From positions 684,122-748,121 of the forward strand of contig JAWQFM010000012.1 in NCBI GenBank assembly GCA_033442325.1: DNA of 64,000 nt, given 5' to 3'. Shown here piece after piece: positions 63,288 through 64,000 of the stretch; position 1 is the stretch's first letter; the number at the start of each line of letters is the position of its first letter. A model generated the notes under the pieces. It made no database searches and was not told where the DNA came from. It saw only the letters and a list, made by a program, of their open reading frames with translations. This stretch comes from Salpingoeca rosetta. Lineage: Eukaryota; Protista; Choanoflagellata. The position numbers and the translations under genes were made by a program.

Positions 63288-63711
63288 TACACACACACAC
63301 ACACACACGCACGCACACACCACACGCGCGCGCGCACACACAAACACACACACACACACCTCGATGCGCTTGAGGAGCGAGTTGCCTTCGACAACGTGGC
63401 CAAACACAACATGCCTACCATCAAGCCTGTGACAATGCCAAGGATGACCGAGTGGGCAGGTGAGAACGTGCAGGCTCCAGGTTGACCCAAAACAGCAGGA
63501 AACACACCCACCCACACCCACACAAAGAGTGCGCACCAGTCTGTCTTGGCGAACGTGAGGAAGAACTGCGAGCCGTTCGTGTTACTGCCACTGTTGGCCA
63601 TGGAGAGGGTGCCTGCAATGGTCGCACATGGGGGTGAATGAATGTCAAAGAGCATGAAACAAGCAACACTCACACACGAGCACATCTGCACGCACACGCA
63701 CACACACACAC

Positions 63712-63800
<89 letters not shown>

Positions 63801-63916
63801 CGCACCTGGGCCCTGGTGCTTGAGGTCGAAGTTTTCGTCTCGGAATGTCCTGCCGTAGATGGAGCGGCCGCCCGTGCCGTCGCCGCGCGTGAAGTCGCCG
63901 CCCTGCGCCATGAACC
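62986..63916 (-). CDS. Cyclophilin-type peptidyl-prolyl isomerase, last four exons (5' part outside the window)
   Basis: [66 protein letters not shown]-stop. Confidence 0.95.
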
Positions 63917-64000
63917 CTGCACGTGGCCGTGGTTGTGATGGTGACCATGGTGATGTGTGTTGTTGGTTTGTTGTTGACTTTTTTTTGTGGGGGGGGGGGC

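Overview
Eukaryotic, intron-rich, gene-dense DNA whose introns are packed with (CA)n/(TG)n microsatellites, with five N gaps. The style and the animal-like gene set fit a choanoflagellate, most likely Salpingoeca rosetta (inference). Genes in order: intronless secreted purple acid phosphatase (+), small PH-domain protein (-), FERRY3/C12orf4 (+), WDR90 (-), PGM2-family phosphomutase (+), intronless three-finger C2H2 transcription factor (+), HELLS/LSH (+), Sds3/BRMS1-family Sin3 subunit (-), mitochondrial L7/L12 (+), TAF12 (+), SPCS3 (+), an unrecognised multi-exon gene (-) and the 3' part of a cyclophilin (-). Most ORFs in the supplied track are microsatellite read-throughs. Gene identities come from manual splicing and remembered family motifs, not database searches. 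I found no clear novel multi-gene system. The best leads are regulatory: an identical 14-bp E2F-type element upstream of HELLS and the unknown gene, a ~1.8 kb AUG-depleted leader with two uORFs before the zinc-finger gene, alternating complementary TG/CA introns, and a structured non-repetitive island inside an intronic microsatellite.
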